64,000 bases of DNA, taken from NCBI RefSeq assembly GCF_009914755.1, contig NC_060929.1. One strand, given 5' to 3'. Source of the stretch: the human T2T-CHM13v2.0 reference genome, Homo sapiens. A program made the position numbers and the translations under genes. How positions within the stretch are numbered: position 1 is the stretch's first letter; each line of letters opens with the position of its first letter. The notes beneath the pieces are model-generated. The model searched no databases, was not told the DNA's origin, and was given only the letters and a program-made list of their open reading frames with translations. Positions 1-18,193 of this stretch are shown piece by piece.

Positions 1-260
1 TCTTGCGGCACGCAGGAGGCTGGGGGCAGCTTTCCTGTCAGGCCGTGTTGCGAGCACGCGCAGGGGCGAAGGAGAAGCCCAGTAATTCCCTTCAGAGGGC
101 CAGCTGTGGCCGGCACGGGCACCTGACATAAGAGGAGAGGTTGTTGAATGGAGCCTTTACGGCCCCCTCACGGAGGCTTTTGGCCTGCGTGTTTCCGTTC
201 CAGCTGAGTGAGATTCGTTGACTTCGCAAACCCCCTCACCTGGAGGATTGACTTCCGGAT
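1..260. promoter_or_regulatory. 3' tail of the C5orf47 promoter CpG island (start of intron 1)
   Basis: GC- and CpG-rich start of the window that decays into AT-rich sequence; downstream exons match C5orf47, whose exon 1 is not in the window. Confidence 0.6.
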
Positions 261-460
261 GCTGTTGAGTCATCCTGGCTAAAAACAGCATGAGCTTTAC
301 GTTTAAATCAGGAAATGTCTTCAATTCAAAAATTATCCTCCCATAGGTTTTGCATATGTCTTGATCAACTTATTGCTAAATATTTAATCTTCTTTGCTGT
401 TGTAAATGGGGTTTCTTTTTACGAAATGCCCTCTAAATGCTCACTGTGTATAGGAAGCCA

Positions 461-3500
<3,040 letters not shown>

Positions 3501-3696
3501 GAGCCCCTGTAGGTCTAGGGCATATGGGATCATAGAGCAGCAATTTAATGTTTTTTTCTCATTTTACTTACAGTTGTTTTGCAGCTTCAGCATCCTTTGT
3601 CTTAAAGTGATGCTGAGGGTGTGGTTTTTGCTTGCTATTGTCTTAAGCTACCCAGAAGCCCTGCTTTAAAAGATTTTGAATAAGAAAAGTGATAGG

Positions 3697-4116
<420 letters not shown>

Positions 4117-4144
4117 TCAAAACCAAATTTACTTTGATAATTTA

Positions 4145-4742
4145 TTAAGTTGGTGCAAAAGTAATTGTGGTTTTGGACCTTGAGTTTTAAGTCATTTTAA
4201 CTAGGCTCAAGCACATCTTTATTAATCAAAATAGGAACCATTACAATAAACACATTTTTGCCAACAAGAAATAAGTTTGTTTATTCCTGTAGTATAAAAG
4301 TCCACGCTTTGGGATTTGACGAACACTTGGGAAGTATTTTCTGTGTTCTGCAGGTTGTGGAAGCGTTTTCCTTGCAAAAAGTTGTCCAGATACCTGAAGA
4401 AGTGGTAGTTGGTTGGCAAGAGGTCAGGTGAATGTGGTGGATGAGGCAAAACTTTGTGGCCCAATTTGTGCAACTTTTGAAGCGTTGGTTGTGCAGTGCA
4501 TGGTCTGTCGTCGTCGTGGAGAATGCAGACCTTACTGTTGACCAATGCTGGCTGCAGGCGTTGCAGTTTTCGGTGCATCTCATCGATTTGCAGAGCATAC
4601 TTCTCAGATGTAATGGTTTCACTGGGATTCAGAAAACTATAGTGGATCTGACTGGCAGCAGACCACCAAACAGTGACCATGAGCTTTTTTTGGTGCAAGT
4701 TAGGCTTTGGGAAGTGTTTTGGAGCTTCTTCTCAGTCCAGCC
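4145..4742 (-). mobile_element. Hsmar1 mariner DNA transposon, 3' half with one TIR
   Basis: TA followed by TIR ttaagttggtgcaaaagtaattgtggtttt at 4145; ORF 4222-4698 (HQKKLMVTVWW...SPDLLPTNYHFF...CNGSYFD) matches the Hsmar1/SETMAR transposase C-terminus. Confidence 0.95.
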
Positions 4743-5018
4743 GCTCCCACCTCCTAGTTCTCCTTCCTCTGGATCTGAACTTGTTAACTCTGCCACAAAG
4801 GAGTTGGTGGGTGGGAGAGATTGGAGGCCAGAGAACAGTTACAAGACAGTTACAGTAGTCCAGTGGAAAGAGTGAAGGCCTGAACTAAGGCAGTGGCAGC
4901 GGAGGCAGAATGGACAGGATCACATAGCTTACTGAAAGAGAGAAGGAAGAATTGCGGCCAAGTCTGAAGTCTCTGTGCTGGGCAACTGGATGGATAATGG
5001 AGCCACTAACGTTAGTGA

Positions 5019-6700
<1,682 letters not shown>

Positions 6701-6896
6701 TTTTCACGTCTTCTGTACTTGTATTTTAGATCCCCAAGTAATTACGGGTAGACTTGATGACTCCTGTGTTTTCTCAAGGAGTATAGGTCTATGTTGGTAA
6801 GACTTACAAACAAGAAACATTTGGGAATGATGCAAATATAGTATTCCAAAGGTTGTAGGCATTTAGAGGGAAGGATAAATATGGGTTTATGAAGAG

Positions 6897-7368
6897 CAGA
6901 GTTTCCCAAACTTAAATTATTTTCCTATGCCATATCTGCATATCATCTGTACTATTATTAATATATTTATTTAAATAGGCACATTTTCCCTTTTAACTAA
7001 ATTTCTTTTTAGAACACTTTAAATTATTACTTCAGTGGAAAACTGTACCATTTGCTATAAATAGAAATTAATTAGAAACAAATATAATAAAGGCAAAACA
7101 ATATTATTAAATTCTAGCTAAGTAGGTTGTCTGCTGAGAGTTGTCTGTGGTCACGAAGGGAGACGACCAAGTCTTAGAGAAGTCTTAATAACATACTGGT
7201 ACCAAACTTAGATTTTCTCCCAAATGTAATCAGAATATTGAAAAAAACTGGAGAGAGAATGAGTTTCTCACCATATGAGTTAATATTCCTTAGTGCTATG
7301 TCTGTATGTCTGTGACCTGCTCCAAATCAGTGGCATGTTTCTCACAAATTGCAAAATGCCATTTTAGA
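6897..7368. mobile_element. Probable hAT-Charlie DNA transposon remnant
   Basis: Starts cagagtttcccaaactt, resembling a Charlie/MER terminus; AT-rich interior. Confidence 0.4.
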
Positions 7369-8488
7369 GCATATTCTAGTTTATTCAACAAATGGAATAC
7401 TTATTGTATAGCTGATATCTATAGAATTGGATACTGGATCTCTAGTGAATAATAAAACACACTCCTCAAGTAAACAGTGTGATAAATCCTATGATACCTG
7501 AGCAGAGGGTGCTTTGTCAGATCAGAGAAGGCTCCCTGGAAAGCTAAGTATTGAAAGAGTAGAAGAAAGTGAGAGATAGAGTGGTGGTAGGGCAGGAACA
7601 AGGTGGGGAAGGGTTGAGGTGAGGGAATATTCTAGACAAAATGAGAGCCAATATAAAGGCTTTCAGGGAACACACGCTCATTATTTTATAATTTTGTCTT
7701 TGGAAAAACAAACCCTTGGGTTTTCTTCTAACAGTTAACATTTGAGAAGGCAGCATGGTTTAGTGAGTATTCAGGAAGCCCGTTCACTCTGGATAACCCT
7801 TATTAGTACTACTATGTGTGTGGTAGTGTGAGTGGAAAGATGACTAAGACACACATGGCCATTGCCCTCCAGGAGGTCAGAGCCTAGTGGAGGAAACACA
7901 TGATAAAAAGATAGGCTGAGTGCTATGAAGAAGGTGTTCTCAGATCCATGCTGTGTGTTGAGCTGCGTGTGTTTGAGGGAAGGCTGTAGAGAAGAGGTAC
8001 GTGTGAGCTGAGTCTTGAAGAACAGGTAGAAATTTGCCTGGGAGGGTGTGTGTGTGTGTGTGTGCTGAAAGTGTTAGAAATTAGATACATTTGAGGTACC
8101 ACAAGGTATTGTGTAGTTGGAAGTGTAATGTCTGTCTGGAGTTGCACTGAGAAGAATGGAGACTGTAGAGATACACTGGGGCAAGATGTGTTATCTGGTA
8201 TTTGTTCATTCTGTTGTTGGTCTTTTTGGGACTAGCCTTACAAACCAGAAAAGGAAGACTGAACTAGCTGGATGGTTTTCTGGGTACTTGCCAGATTATG
8301 TCTAGTTTTCTTGGTTGTTTTCAACATGTTATTAGTGAACTGGTAAACCAGTATTACCTGGTGATCAGAAATATACCAACAAGTATAAAAATCCCCAAGG
8401 AGACCTCAAGAAACATTTATATGGTCTCTATTTTCAGATAGTAAATCCTTATATATGTTGACCTTTTCACTTTCTTCTTAAAAATTAG

Positions 8489-8574
8489 GTTTAATCCAGA
8501 AGGATGCAGCTAAAAAGTATGATTTTCCCATACCATTGAATGAAGCTTCCAAAATAATGAAGAAAAAGAAAAAG
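8489..8574 (+). CDS. C5orf47: C5orf47 coding exon 2 ((G)LIQKDAAKKYDFPIPLNEASKIMKKKKK)
   Basis: tag acceptor 8486-8488, gtatat donor 8575; 86 nt, phase 1 to 0; peptide matches recalled C5orf47. Confidence 0.9.
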
Positions 8575-10035
8575 GTATATTGCTGTAAAGGAGAATGAGC
8601 AATATTTGAATTTTAGATCATCCTCTCTAAATACAAATGTGTAAAGATATTCAAGACAGTGAAAATAGTACCATCTTTTGAATAATTTAATTTTCTGAAA
8701 TGAGAAATAGAAGTAATTCAGAAGAAATGGAACTGGGTTTGGAAATATTTATTAACCATAAAGAATTGTCCTTCCAGTGTTATACCAGTGAAGGTATAAA
8801 ACACATTTTAATCAAAGTGTAACCCCACTGGAGGATTTTTCAAAGCATGATATATGTTCCACAGAATATAATAAACTGTGATAGATAATGTAGTATAAGA
8901 AGAAAAATCACAGATTTCATAGAAAAGAATAATGTATCTATATTGGTCTTTTTAAAGACAAGGAATATGTAATAGGTTTCTAGCAGGCAATCTGAGAAGG
9001 ATGAGCCACTGCTGCTGAGCTGTTCTCGCTGCTAGTTGTCCAAATGTCATGGTAACTTGAGTGTTTTGAACATATTCAAGACCGGATGCTCTGCAAGTCT
9101 TTGATTACCACTGTATGTTTATATTTCACAGCATCGTTTATATTCAGTTTAAAGAAATTATTGGTTGATAGTGACACATAACATTGTGTTGTTTCTGAGC
9201 TTTGAGTTTGTTTGATATCCGTGTATGGTATAAAATAGCATTAGAGGTTAATAACTCTTGCACCAAATATATTTTGAGTGAGCATCTAATTTTCCCACTG
9301 TACTAAGAGATGTTTCTTCTGAGAACCAGTTCCTTTTAGGTGAGGAGAAAAGAGCAATAATCAATACTTCCTTTTAATTACTGTGTGCCAGATACTAGGG
9401 TAAGTGCTTTACATATGTATTAAATATTTTTTCCTTAATTCTTATAATCCAATGTATGAAGTTATTCCTAGATGAGATTAAAATACTCTCCCAGGCAACT
9501 GGAAAATGGCAAAGCTAGAATTTGAGCCTAGATCTATTTGTTTGATTCTATAATCCTTGTTCTTTCGATTCCAGTATATTTATGTTCTCTAGTACTATTG
9601 CTTTGGTATGTCCTAGGAGAAATACTTAATTCTTAACTGGAATAAAATATGTTTAAAAAATCAAATCATTGCCCAATGGTTTAATCATTGGAATATAAAT
9701 TCACAATTTTTTAAAATTAGCTTTCAGAATGGAATGTGTTAGAATTGATTAGGTAGGACTTTATAGTCATTGCCTTTGAAAGGCAATTTCATCCAGGACA
9801 GTTAATTTAAATACTACAGGGAGGAAATTCTAGGAATTTTGAAAAAGAGAACAGATATTTCAGTGATCGTGGGTAAACAATTACACTTAGGTTTTAGTTC
9901 TCTAAATGCTAATATAGCCTTATAATGATGATATCAATTGACATACAACACAGTTGAGGCATTCCCAGTTGCCTCCATGAAAATATATTCCTACTTTTCT
10001 GCTCAGCATTCCTTTACTGTGCTTATCTTTTTAAG

Positions 10036-10135
10036 GTTTTAGTATGGAATAGAGTATACAAAGTCATTTCAAGAATGCTTGAAGAAAATGAAAAATATAG
10101 ACACAGGCTGAAATGCCAAAGGTTATCTAGTGAAA
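10036..10135 (+). CDS. C5orf47: C5orf47 coding exon 3 (VLVWNRVYKVISRMLEENEKYRHRLKCQRLSSE)
   Basis: Pyrimidine tract + aag acceptor, gtaagt donor 10136; 100 nt; frame-compatible with exons 2 and 4. Confidence 0.9.
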
Positions 10136-11531
10136 GTAAGTTAACACAATTTTTATTGTATTAAAAAGACTGGCCTCTGTAACAGTTTAGTTATCCTGGG
10201 ATTGCATGAGATCAGTAGTTTTCTTAATTGTCACATTCAATATACAGAACTATAGAAATGAGGCTACCATATTATCACTATTCATCATAATTAGAAGTAC
10301 AGAGCACCTGCAAGCAGTGAGCACAGAGAGCACAGGTATAGGAGTGAGTGGAGGAATGTAGAAGGTGTGTGTTGACTGGAATTTACTGAGCAAAGGGAAC
10401 ATACTTTTCTGTTAAATGTGAATCTTAATGCCAATTAAAAAATACAAGTTACGAAGCTCATCGGTATTGATGAAGAAAAACATTTTAACTGCAATATAAA
10501 ATTATACATTGTGTCACTTCATGTAGTCATTTCCTCTCCATGGAAGCTACATTCCTACTTAATGCATTTAACAAAGATCTACCCTTGAGTTATAGCCTTG
10601 ATGTCATTATTTCATTCCTGGAAAACAACTCATGAATTAAACCGTGCTCTAAAGCACTATTGAGTTGATATTGTGGTCAGAGCGAAATTAGATGTAGTCT
10701 GGTGTGTTTATCAAAATAATTTGTAGTTCTGGATTTTAAAAAAATTAAGTTGGATAAAATTTATGTAACTAATAATGCAATGTGAATTGATAAATCACAA
10801 GTTATTTTCTTTCCTTAACGTGCATTTCTTTCTTTAACATGTCTTTCTTTCCTGCACATGCTATCATGAATGTTTCTGTGAGTTCTTAGTACGGTCATTC
10901 TATGGCAACTTCTATTTCATAGTCAGTAAAATTGCAGTATTTAATTTCATGAAGAATATTTTCATAAGATAATCATGAAAACAGAATGCCATTTTGCAAG
11001 CAGTGGAAACTTATGGTTCATATAATATTGCATCAGTGGTAGCATGAATTGTTTGCAATAATGGCATATTAGTGATAATGTGTTTCACTTTGCTTATCCA
11101 TTTAAGAAGGAGAATGAGGTGGGGGGTGGATAGGAAAAAGAAGTCAGAGGTATCTTAAATGAAAAGGATGTTTGAATAGGCAGAGCAGTGTGCAAAAAAC
11201 CTGGACATACTTCTGAGTGCTAATTCAGATCACTGCATAACTTTGAACTTGTTGGGTTCTTTTCTGCCTCAGCAAGAGGCCTTCTCTTAAATGTAATCTT
11301 GTAAGGATTATTTAACAACTTAATATGCTGTGTTTTCCATAAATAGCCTCTGGTAAACCAGTTCATTATTTTACATTACAGTGTTAAACTACATTACAGA
11401 ACTTCTTTATAAAACTAATAATTATGTTTAAAAATGTATTATAACTTGTATTCCATAATGTATATTTATTAATGGGAAAACCAGTGCTAGAGGCCAACTT
11501 AAATTTTCCTTATTTTTTATGTTGTTTGCAG

Positions 11532-11551
11532 GCTCAAATTACACAAGATGA
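11532..11551 (+). CDS. C5orf47: C5orf47 last coding segment (SSNYTR*); exon runs to 11567
   Basis: ttgtttgcag acceptor, TGA 11549-11551, donor gtaaga at 11568. Confidence 0.87.
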
Positions 11552-12276
11552 ATCTTCTTATCTTCTGGTAAGAATTTATTTACGTAATAATTATGGAATA
11601 TAGATTTTATTCCCTTCCCTTCTGTATCCTCCCTTCTCCAAACATTAGTGTATAACCAATCATTGCTAATTCCAGCCTATTTCCTTTCTTAAATACAGTG
11701 TTTGGCACATAGTAGGCACTCATTATAATACTTACTGACCTTTAAAACTTCATTTGGGCCCCATGTCCATCATGCTATTAGAAATTCTCTCTCTGTACTC
11801 CATGTTTTTCCTTCTTCTTCTTTTTCTTTCTTTTTTTCTATCGTACCCTCTGAGGGTACAATATGGTACATTATTCTGAGGGCAGAATCTTCTTCTTTTC
11901 GTTTATACCTCTACTTAGTCCTCTTTTCCTTTGAATATACTGTCATATTTAATGCTATCTTACTACTGCTCCTTTTTATGTCTTAGTATCCTGTAGGCTG
12001 TGTTATGGCCCTTGTCCTGCCTCACTTACCATATTTACCTTTGCTACCACCTAATAACAAATGCTGTCCTAGGAGTGATTGTTGGTCCCATTCTCTCTTT
12101 ACATATTCACTCTGAGATAACTCACAGATTTTTATAGCTTCAACTACTCTTCCTGGGTATATTACCCTTAAATCTCATCCTACCCTTGACCTCTGGTTAT
12201 GTACCTCTGGTTTTCTTTAGGCTGTTCTACTTATTTCTTTTTTTGTCACCTCTACTGAAATCTACATACAGTTATC

Positions 12277-12596
12277 TTTTTTCTTTTTTTTTTCTTTTTT
12301 TTTTTAAAGAGACAGGGTTTTACTCTGTACCCAACCTGGAGTATAGTGACTCAATCGTAGCCCACTGCTGCCTCTAACTCCTGGACTCAAGTGATCCTCC
12401 CACTTCAGCATTCCCTCCCAAGTAGATAGGACTACAAGTATGCACCACCATGCCTGGCTAGTTAAATTTTTGTTTTGTATAGGTGGGGGTCTAGCTATGT
12501 TGCCCGGGTTGGTCTTGAACTCCTGGCCTCAAGTGATCCTACTGCCTCAGCTTTCCAAAGTGTTGGAATTGCAGCCATGAGTCACTGTGTCCAGCC
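12277..12596 (-). mobile_element. AluJ-like SINE
   Basis: Diverged dimeric Alu after a T-rich tail. Confidence 0.88.
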
Positions 12597-12804
12597 GAGA
12601 GTATATTTTAGACATGAACATGAGCAAATTCATGGAGTCAAGAAAACGATTAGGGAATGTACACTTTGATTAAAAATTCTTTAACACAGTAACCTAAGAA
12701 AGGTATAAAAGTATACTGAGATAGTATTTCAAAGAGTCTAACTTGAATTTTGGGCTGAGGATTTGTACTTCATTCAGTAGGGAATGAAGAGATGGAATAT
12801 TTTC

Positions 12805-13520
12805 TTAATCTTTTATTCTAAATGATTTCAAATGTACAGAAAGATGATTAGGCTAATACAAAGCACTCCAGTATATTGTTTACTAAGATTTGCTGTTTTT
12901 TAACATCTTGCCACGTTTGCTTGCTCATTCTTCTTCTCTCTCTGTGTGTAAATACTTCAGTGTATATAACCTAAGAGCAAGAGTATCTTTTGTATAACCA
13001 CACTACAGTTATCAAAGTCAGGAAATTGAACATCAATATCAAACATAATTTATAGCCTACATTTCACTTTTTTCCCTATTGCCCCAATAGTGTTTTTAAT
13101 AGGAATTTTTAAAAAATTTTGGTACTAGATATACAGTTCAGGATCATGTATTGTGTTTAGCTGTTGTGTCTGTTTGGTCTTCCTTAATCTGTAGCAGTTT
13201 GTCAGGCTTTGTCTTTTTTGATACTGATATTTTTGAAGAATACAGGCCCGTCATTTTTCAGGCTATTTCTCAAGACTTGCTGATGCCTACTTATGATTTG
13301 ATTCATGTTATGAATTTTTTGGCTGGAACGTTGTATACGTAATGTAACTTCCCAAAGGATTGCATCTTGAGTTATGTGATCTTCACTGATCCCTTATTGA
13401 TGATGTTAACTTTGAGCTCTTGGTTAAGTTGTTATCCATTTATAGTTACTATTTTTTCTTTTTTAATTAGTATTTCATAGGAAGATAGAAAGAGTATGCA
13501 AATATCTTGTTTCTTTATGA
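12805..13520 (-). mobile_element. Old L1M 3' end fragment
   Basis: Resembles an antisense L1MC/ME 3'UTR (ttatcaaagtcaggaaattgaacat..., gatgatgttaactttga). Confidence 0.55.
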
Positions 13521-14606
13521 ATATATAGAACATTTTAAAGCAGTGGAGCTATCAGATTTGCATTTTAGAAAGAATGTGATGTCATTTGTGGAAAGATTTG
13601 GAATGGAGGTGAAATAGGAGGTGAAAAAGAAAATCTGGGGATTGTAATAGCATCCAAGTGAAAAGTAAAATGCACTCAAATGAGGGTTGCAGAGGGTGCA
13701 GAGAGGAGATAGATGATCAGGTATGGGGATAAGATGATGCTGAGTTTTGAGAGTGAATAAGAAATAAGGAAGTCAGGAGAAAGGACTCATTTTGTGAAGG
13801 TACTGAGTTTTACTTTTGGCATGTTGAATTTTAGGTAATAGTGAGGTACTCAGGAAAAAATGCTAAGCAAGTTATTGGAAGTGTTGTACAGGAGGTAGTG
13901 TGATATCTGTAGTGCATAAAGGTCATATGTAGTTCTAACAGTAGATGTAGATGAAGACTTTAATGTGAAGATGGACAGAGGAGAGGACTGAGTACGGAGT
14001 ATCAGGCAATGTCGAGGATAAAGAGGAATTTTCAGTTTTGGAGTCAGGGATTATAGGGACTTAATCAGGAGTAATGAGAGAGATGATTGTGGGGCTGAGG
14101 AGGGAGACATGAAATTCGCAGGAAATCAAGGGATTGGGAGTTCAAAGGAGGGCAGAGACCTTGCTTAGTGAGAGTATAAGGGTATAAAAAGTAGGAGCAT
14201 AAAAATATGTCATCTAGGAACATTTGAAAAGTTTCAGCACCTAGAGGTAAAGCACAACTTCCAGTGATGACAGTGTCTAGGCAATGGCCTTGGTTGTGAG
14301 TAAATGGCCTGGAGGTGAAAGCCTGTGACACAATGTTTCTGTGACACATTTCTTGCAAATGGGACTGTTGAAGTCACCCAAGGGTATTGGCAGGAGTTAG
14401 AGTTGAAAAGAAAAATATGAGTTACATATTGAGTCTGTTGGAAACTTTTTATGTTCAACTAGAGAAAGTAAAAGTCATTAAAACAGTAAGTACAGGGAGT
14501 TTCTAACTGTTGCTTTATAGCCTTAGAAATGCTAAAAATTTTCAGTGACTACGGATGATGATATTTTATATTAACAAGAACTCAATTTTGTCATTTTTAA
14601 ATTTAG

Positions 14607-16375
14607 GAATAACCTATCTTTGGATGTTTCCCAAAGAAGAGTATGAAGAATCTAAAGATGAAACATTAAATGAATCATAATTATTTGTTAATTTTGATGT
14701 GTTTTATTAGAATTGGGACTTTAGTAGTCGAACAGAAAAATTACCTTCTTTATAAATTAATAATATTTCTTTGCTACTTAATAATACCTTTAGTTAAATA
14801 TTGTTAACCATATGCATGCAAGTGTTATTTTCAGAATTAATGCTTATTCTACATACTTTTAAATTAACCTCATACATAAAATTAAATTAGCATATCAATG
14901 CAATTGCATGAATTTTATAATTACCAGCTTTTCCATTTTATTAATGAGTCTACAACTGCTGCTTTGTTCATCTCTTCTTTTAGATGTAACTCTTAAATTA
15001 AACTTGGATTCATTTAAATTATTTTTGGCTTCCTCTAAACTTCTCAATTATTTTATGGAAAAAACCTTAGAATTTACATAGCAACGATTATTTTGGGTGT
15101 TAAAACTAAGCTAATGATTATTTAAGCCATCTTTTCATCCTAAGGAAAATTAGTAAATGTATGCATTTATAATATGGATATATTATAATGGACTATATTA
15201 TAATATGGAGTATTTTAGGAAAATTTTTGGGCAAAGATCAGAGGAGATGCCCTTTACCTTGCCAGGCCCCTAAGTAATACATTATTTTTAAGTCAATGAA
15301 TGAGAGGATTAGAATTCTGAAAATCATTTAGAAGTATTGTTTAATAAGTCCTTTTTTTCTACTCAACATTAAGTAGTAATCAACTTTTACCTCCGCCAGT
15401 TTTTCTGCTTTTTTGCTGGTACGATCTCTCTTTCTAAATTGAATCAAAGACCTAGGTGGAACTGGAAACTTAGGAGGGAAAGACAAAATGAGGCTTGTTC
15501 ATGATCAAATTCTGTGTACTCTAGTTGCTTCTTTCCCTTGGAGTGACAGGTACTTTTATATCCAGGATGATTACAGTGATGACATCCATTCTTTTTTGGG
15601 GGCATTGAGAAGGTGGGCTTCCTAATTATTTTACAAAGGTATTACAAAGTGTTAATATACAAAATTCTCATGAAATAGTACAAGTTGTAAGGACTGTAAA
15701 GTAATTCATAGTTTTGTTTTTTCCTCTAATAGTTGTAACTTAATTACTTCAGGAGACTACGACAGTGTAGAATTTGTGGTAACATGATCTTCTAGTGACT
15801 ATTTATCAAATCCACCTGTTTCTAGATGAAGGACACATTGCCTGGGGAAATGGCCTCGGTTTTTTTGCCATGTAGGCTCTCAAGTTTCCCTGCATTGAGG
15901 GTCACACAACTTCTTTATATTATGCTGGGTAAATTTCAGGCTGCTAAATCCTTGGGTGAAGCTTCAAATTTTAGCTTATGCAACTGAAGTCCATTGCAAA
16001 ATGAGACATATTTACACTGTTTATACTGTAATTTATGCTGCATAAAGTTTTGTAGTGAATGTGTATGAGAGTTTTAGGTTTGCTTCAATGTATGTTTATA
16101 TTTATGTGACTTATACAACTTGACATAGTAGTCTGTTTTAATTTATTAGGTATATCAATATTTGTTAGATTTAAAATAAGAGTCTAATGCTGGATACAAA
16201 CTCAGTTTATTTCACTGTTCTAGAACCATGGAGGAATGAAGACTCCCACTGAAATGAATGTTCTAAATATTTGTTCTAAATCTTTTAATTTTTGTTTAAT
16301 AATTTCTGGTGAATATGTGTTCAATCTGTTATGTTAAATAGAATATAATAAACATAAGACTTTTCTTTACTGATA
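14607..16375 (+). other. C5orf47: Probable terminal 3'UTR exon of C5orf47
   Basis: tttttaaatttag acceptor at 14606; AT-rich repeat-poor sequence; AATAAA at 16347-16352; 3' end estimated. Confidence 0.6.
16347..16352 (+). terminator. Candidate polyadenylation signal AATAAA
   Basis: Canonical hexamer followed by T-rich sequence. Confidence 0.55.
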
Positions 16376-17895
16376 CATCACTGAACATAAGCTGCAATAC
16401 TTTAACTTATTTCTGTTCCATAATTTCAGTAGGGGCTAATGACCCACCCCTGCTACATTAAAGACTTCAGACTGCATTGTGGTCCTGCCTTCTCTTCATC
16501 TCCAGCCCAAAGTGTCATTTGTCTAGTTTTCATGAGTAGAAACATTCACTCACCAAATCTATATCTGACTCTTTCCTCTGTGTGGATGAAAGGCATTTTA
16601 TTTTAGCCCAGTAGTCTAATATTTGCAACTTACGGTTTGGGTTCTGCAGTGGTTGTTTCATGCTTAGTTGTGCAGGGAAGGGAGGGAAGAGATCTTCTAG
16701 TGGTTTTAATGAAAAATTTTGGTGAGTACAGAATGGTGAAGAAGCGTCAATACTTCAAAATATCATTCAGCCATTTATTCCAGGTCACCTGAAAGGTTTC
16801 AGGTAAACGTTCATGAGAAAAAAAACAAACAGTGGAATATTTAAGCATAGGAACTAATTAAATTCAGGGTATTTTTACATCCAATATAAGCTGAGGAAAT
16901 GTTAAAATTTGGGAAAAGTCTTGGGTAATCTGGGAATCTTATGGGAGTAAACTTATAAAATAGTGAAATAATGGTCTTGAGTTTAGGAGCGGGTCTGTGG
17001 GAGTCGGGTGGCTGGACAGCCTGGGAGTAGATGGGGAACAGCACTAGTGCAGCATTTTATTTTAGGGAGAATGCCGAGTTAGGTGGTGGTATGCTGCTGC
17101 AGTAGTATTCCAGTTCCTGAGTCATGGACTATACCTATGGCAGCCATGAAAATGTGCTTCTTGGATTTCCCACCACAGGGGCATAATTGACTGATAGCCC
17201 AGCTGTGCTGTATTGTGAATTCTACTACATTTGTATGAAGCCATTCTTCCCAACAAGTTGCACCCAAGCCAATGATTAAGCATGGTAAGGATTTTAAGGC
17301 AGGTGTGTTTCTCCAAGACAGGCCTCAAAGGTTCTCTGTTTGTCTTTCTGAAAAATTCTTAGAACTGCACCAGAGATAGCCTGAGACTCTCACAGTGGGC
17401 CCACTGGGTTTAGAAACCTACTCAATAGCCATCTCCCCAGGCCCTGGGTGTATAATTGGAATTGATATACCTGGCAGTTGGAGTAACTCTTACGTTGGAT
17501 GCTTGTCTGGTGGAGTAAGAGTTATCACAACGAGGAAGGACAAGTAGAAATGCCTAAAACTGCCTCCTTTCTCCCAGCCAAGATAATAATAATAACAATA
17601 GTAATAATAATAATGAGATCACATTCTGTGGAATGGGAGGAGGGTGACAAATTATTGCTACCATTAAAGACCCAAAGGACTGTAGACTACTACAAAGTTA
17701 ATTGAATAGTAGCTCTGAACACAGCTGCTTTGCTAGACAGTTGCCATTGTTAGAGCAGGAGCATGGTATATAGCAATTGATGTGGCAGATGCATTCTTTT
17801 CCATTTGAATCAGAAAAGGTCACACAGTTGTATTCACATGGGGCAGACAGTATTTACTTAAGGTTTTGCCTCAGGGCTATGTTAACTCTCCTACC

Positions 17896-18193
17896 TTTTT
17901 TTTTTTTTTTTGAGACGGAGTCTCGCTCTGATGCTGAGGCTGGAGTGCAGTGATGCGATCTTGGCTCACTGGAACCTCCGCCCCCTAGGTTCAAGTGATT
18001 CTCCTGCCTCAGCCTCCTGAGTAGCTGGGACTACAGGTGTGTGCCACCACACTCGGCTAATTTTTTTGTATTTTTAGTAGAGACGGGGTTTCACTGTATT
18101 AGCCAGGCTGGTCTCAAACTCTTGAGCTCAGGTGGTCGTCCCACCTTGGCCTCCCAAAGTGCTGGGATTACAGGCATGAGCTACCACGCCCAG
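17896..18193 (-). mobile_element. AluS SINE
   Basis: Full Alu; TSD ctctcctac. Confidence 0.92.

Noticed and set aside
4222-4698. Possible SETMAR processed pseudogene or new transposase gene
   Set aside because: Has a TIR and TA target site rather than poly(A); no ATG start or N-terminal half; shared residues are explained by CpG decay
15165-15215. Short imperfect repeat of tattataatatgga in the C5orf47 3'UTR
   Set aside because: About three degenerate AT-rich units; likely replication slippage
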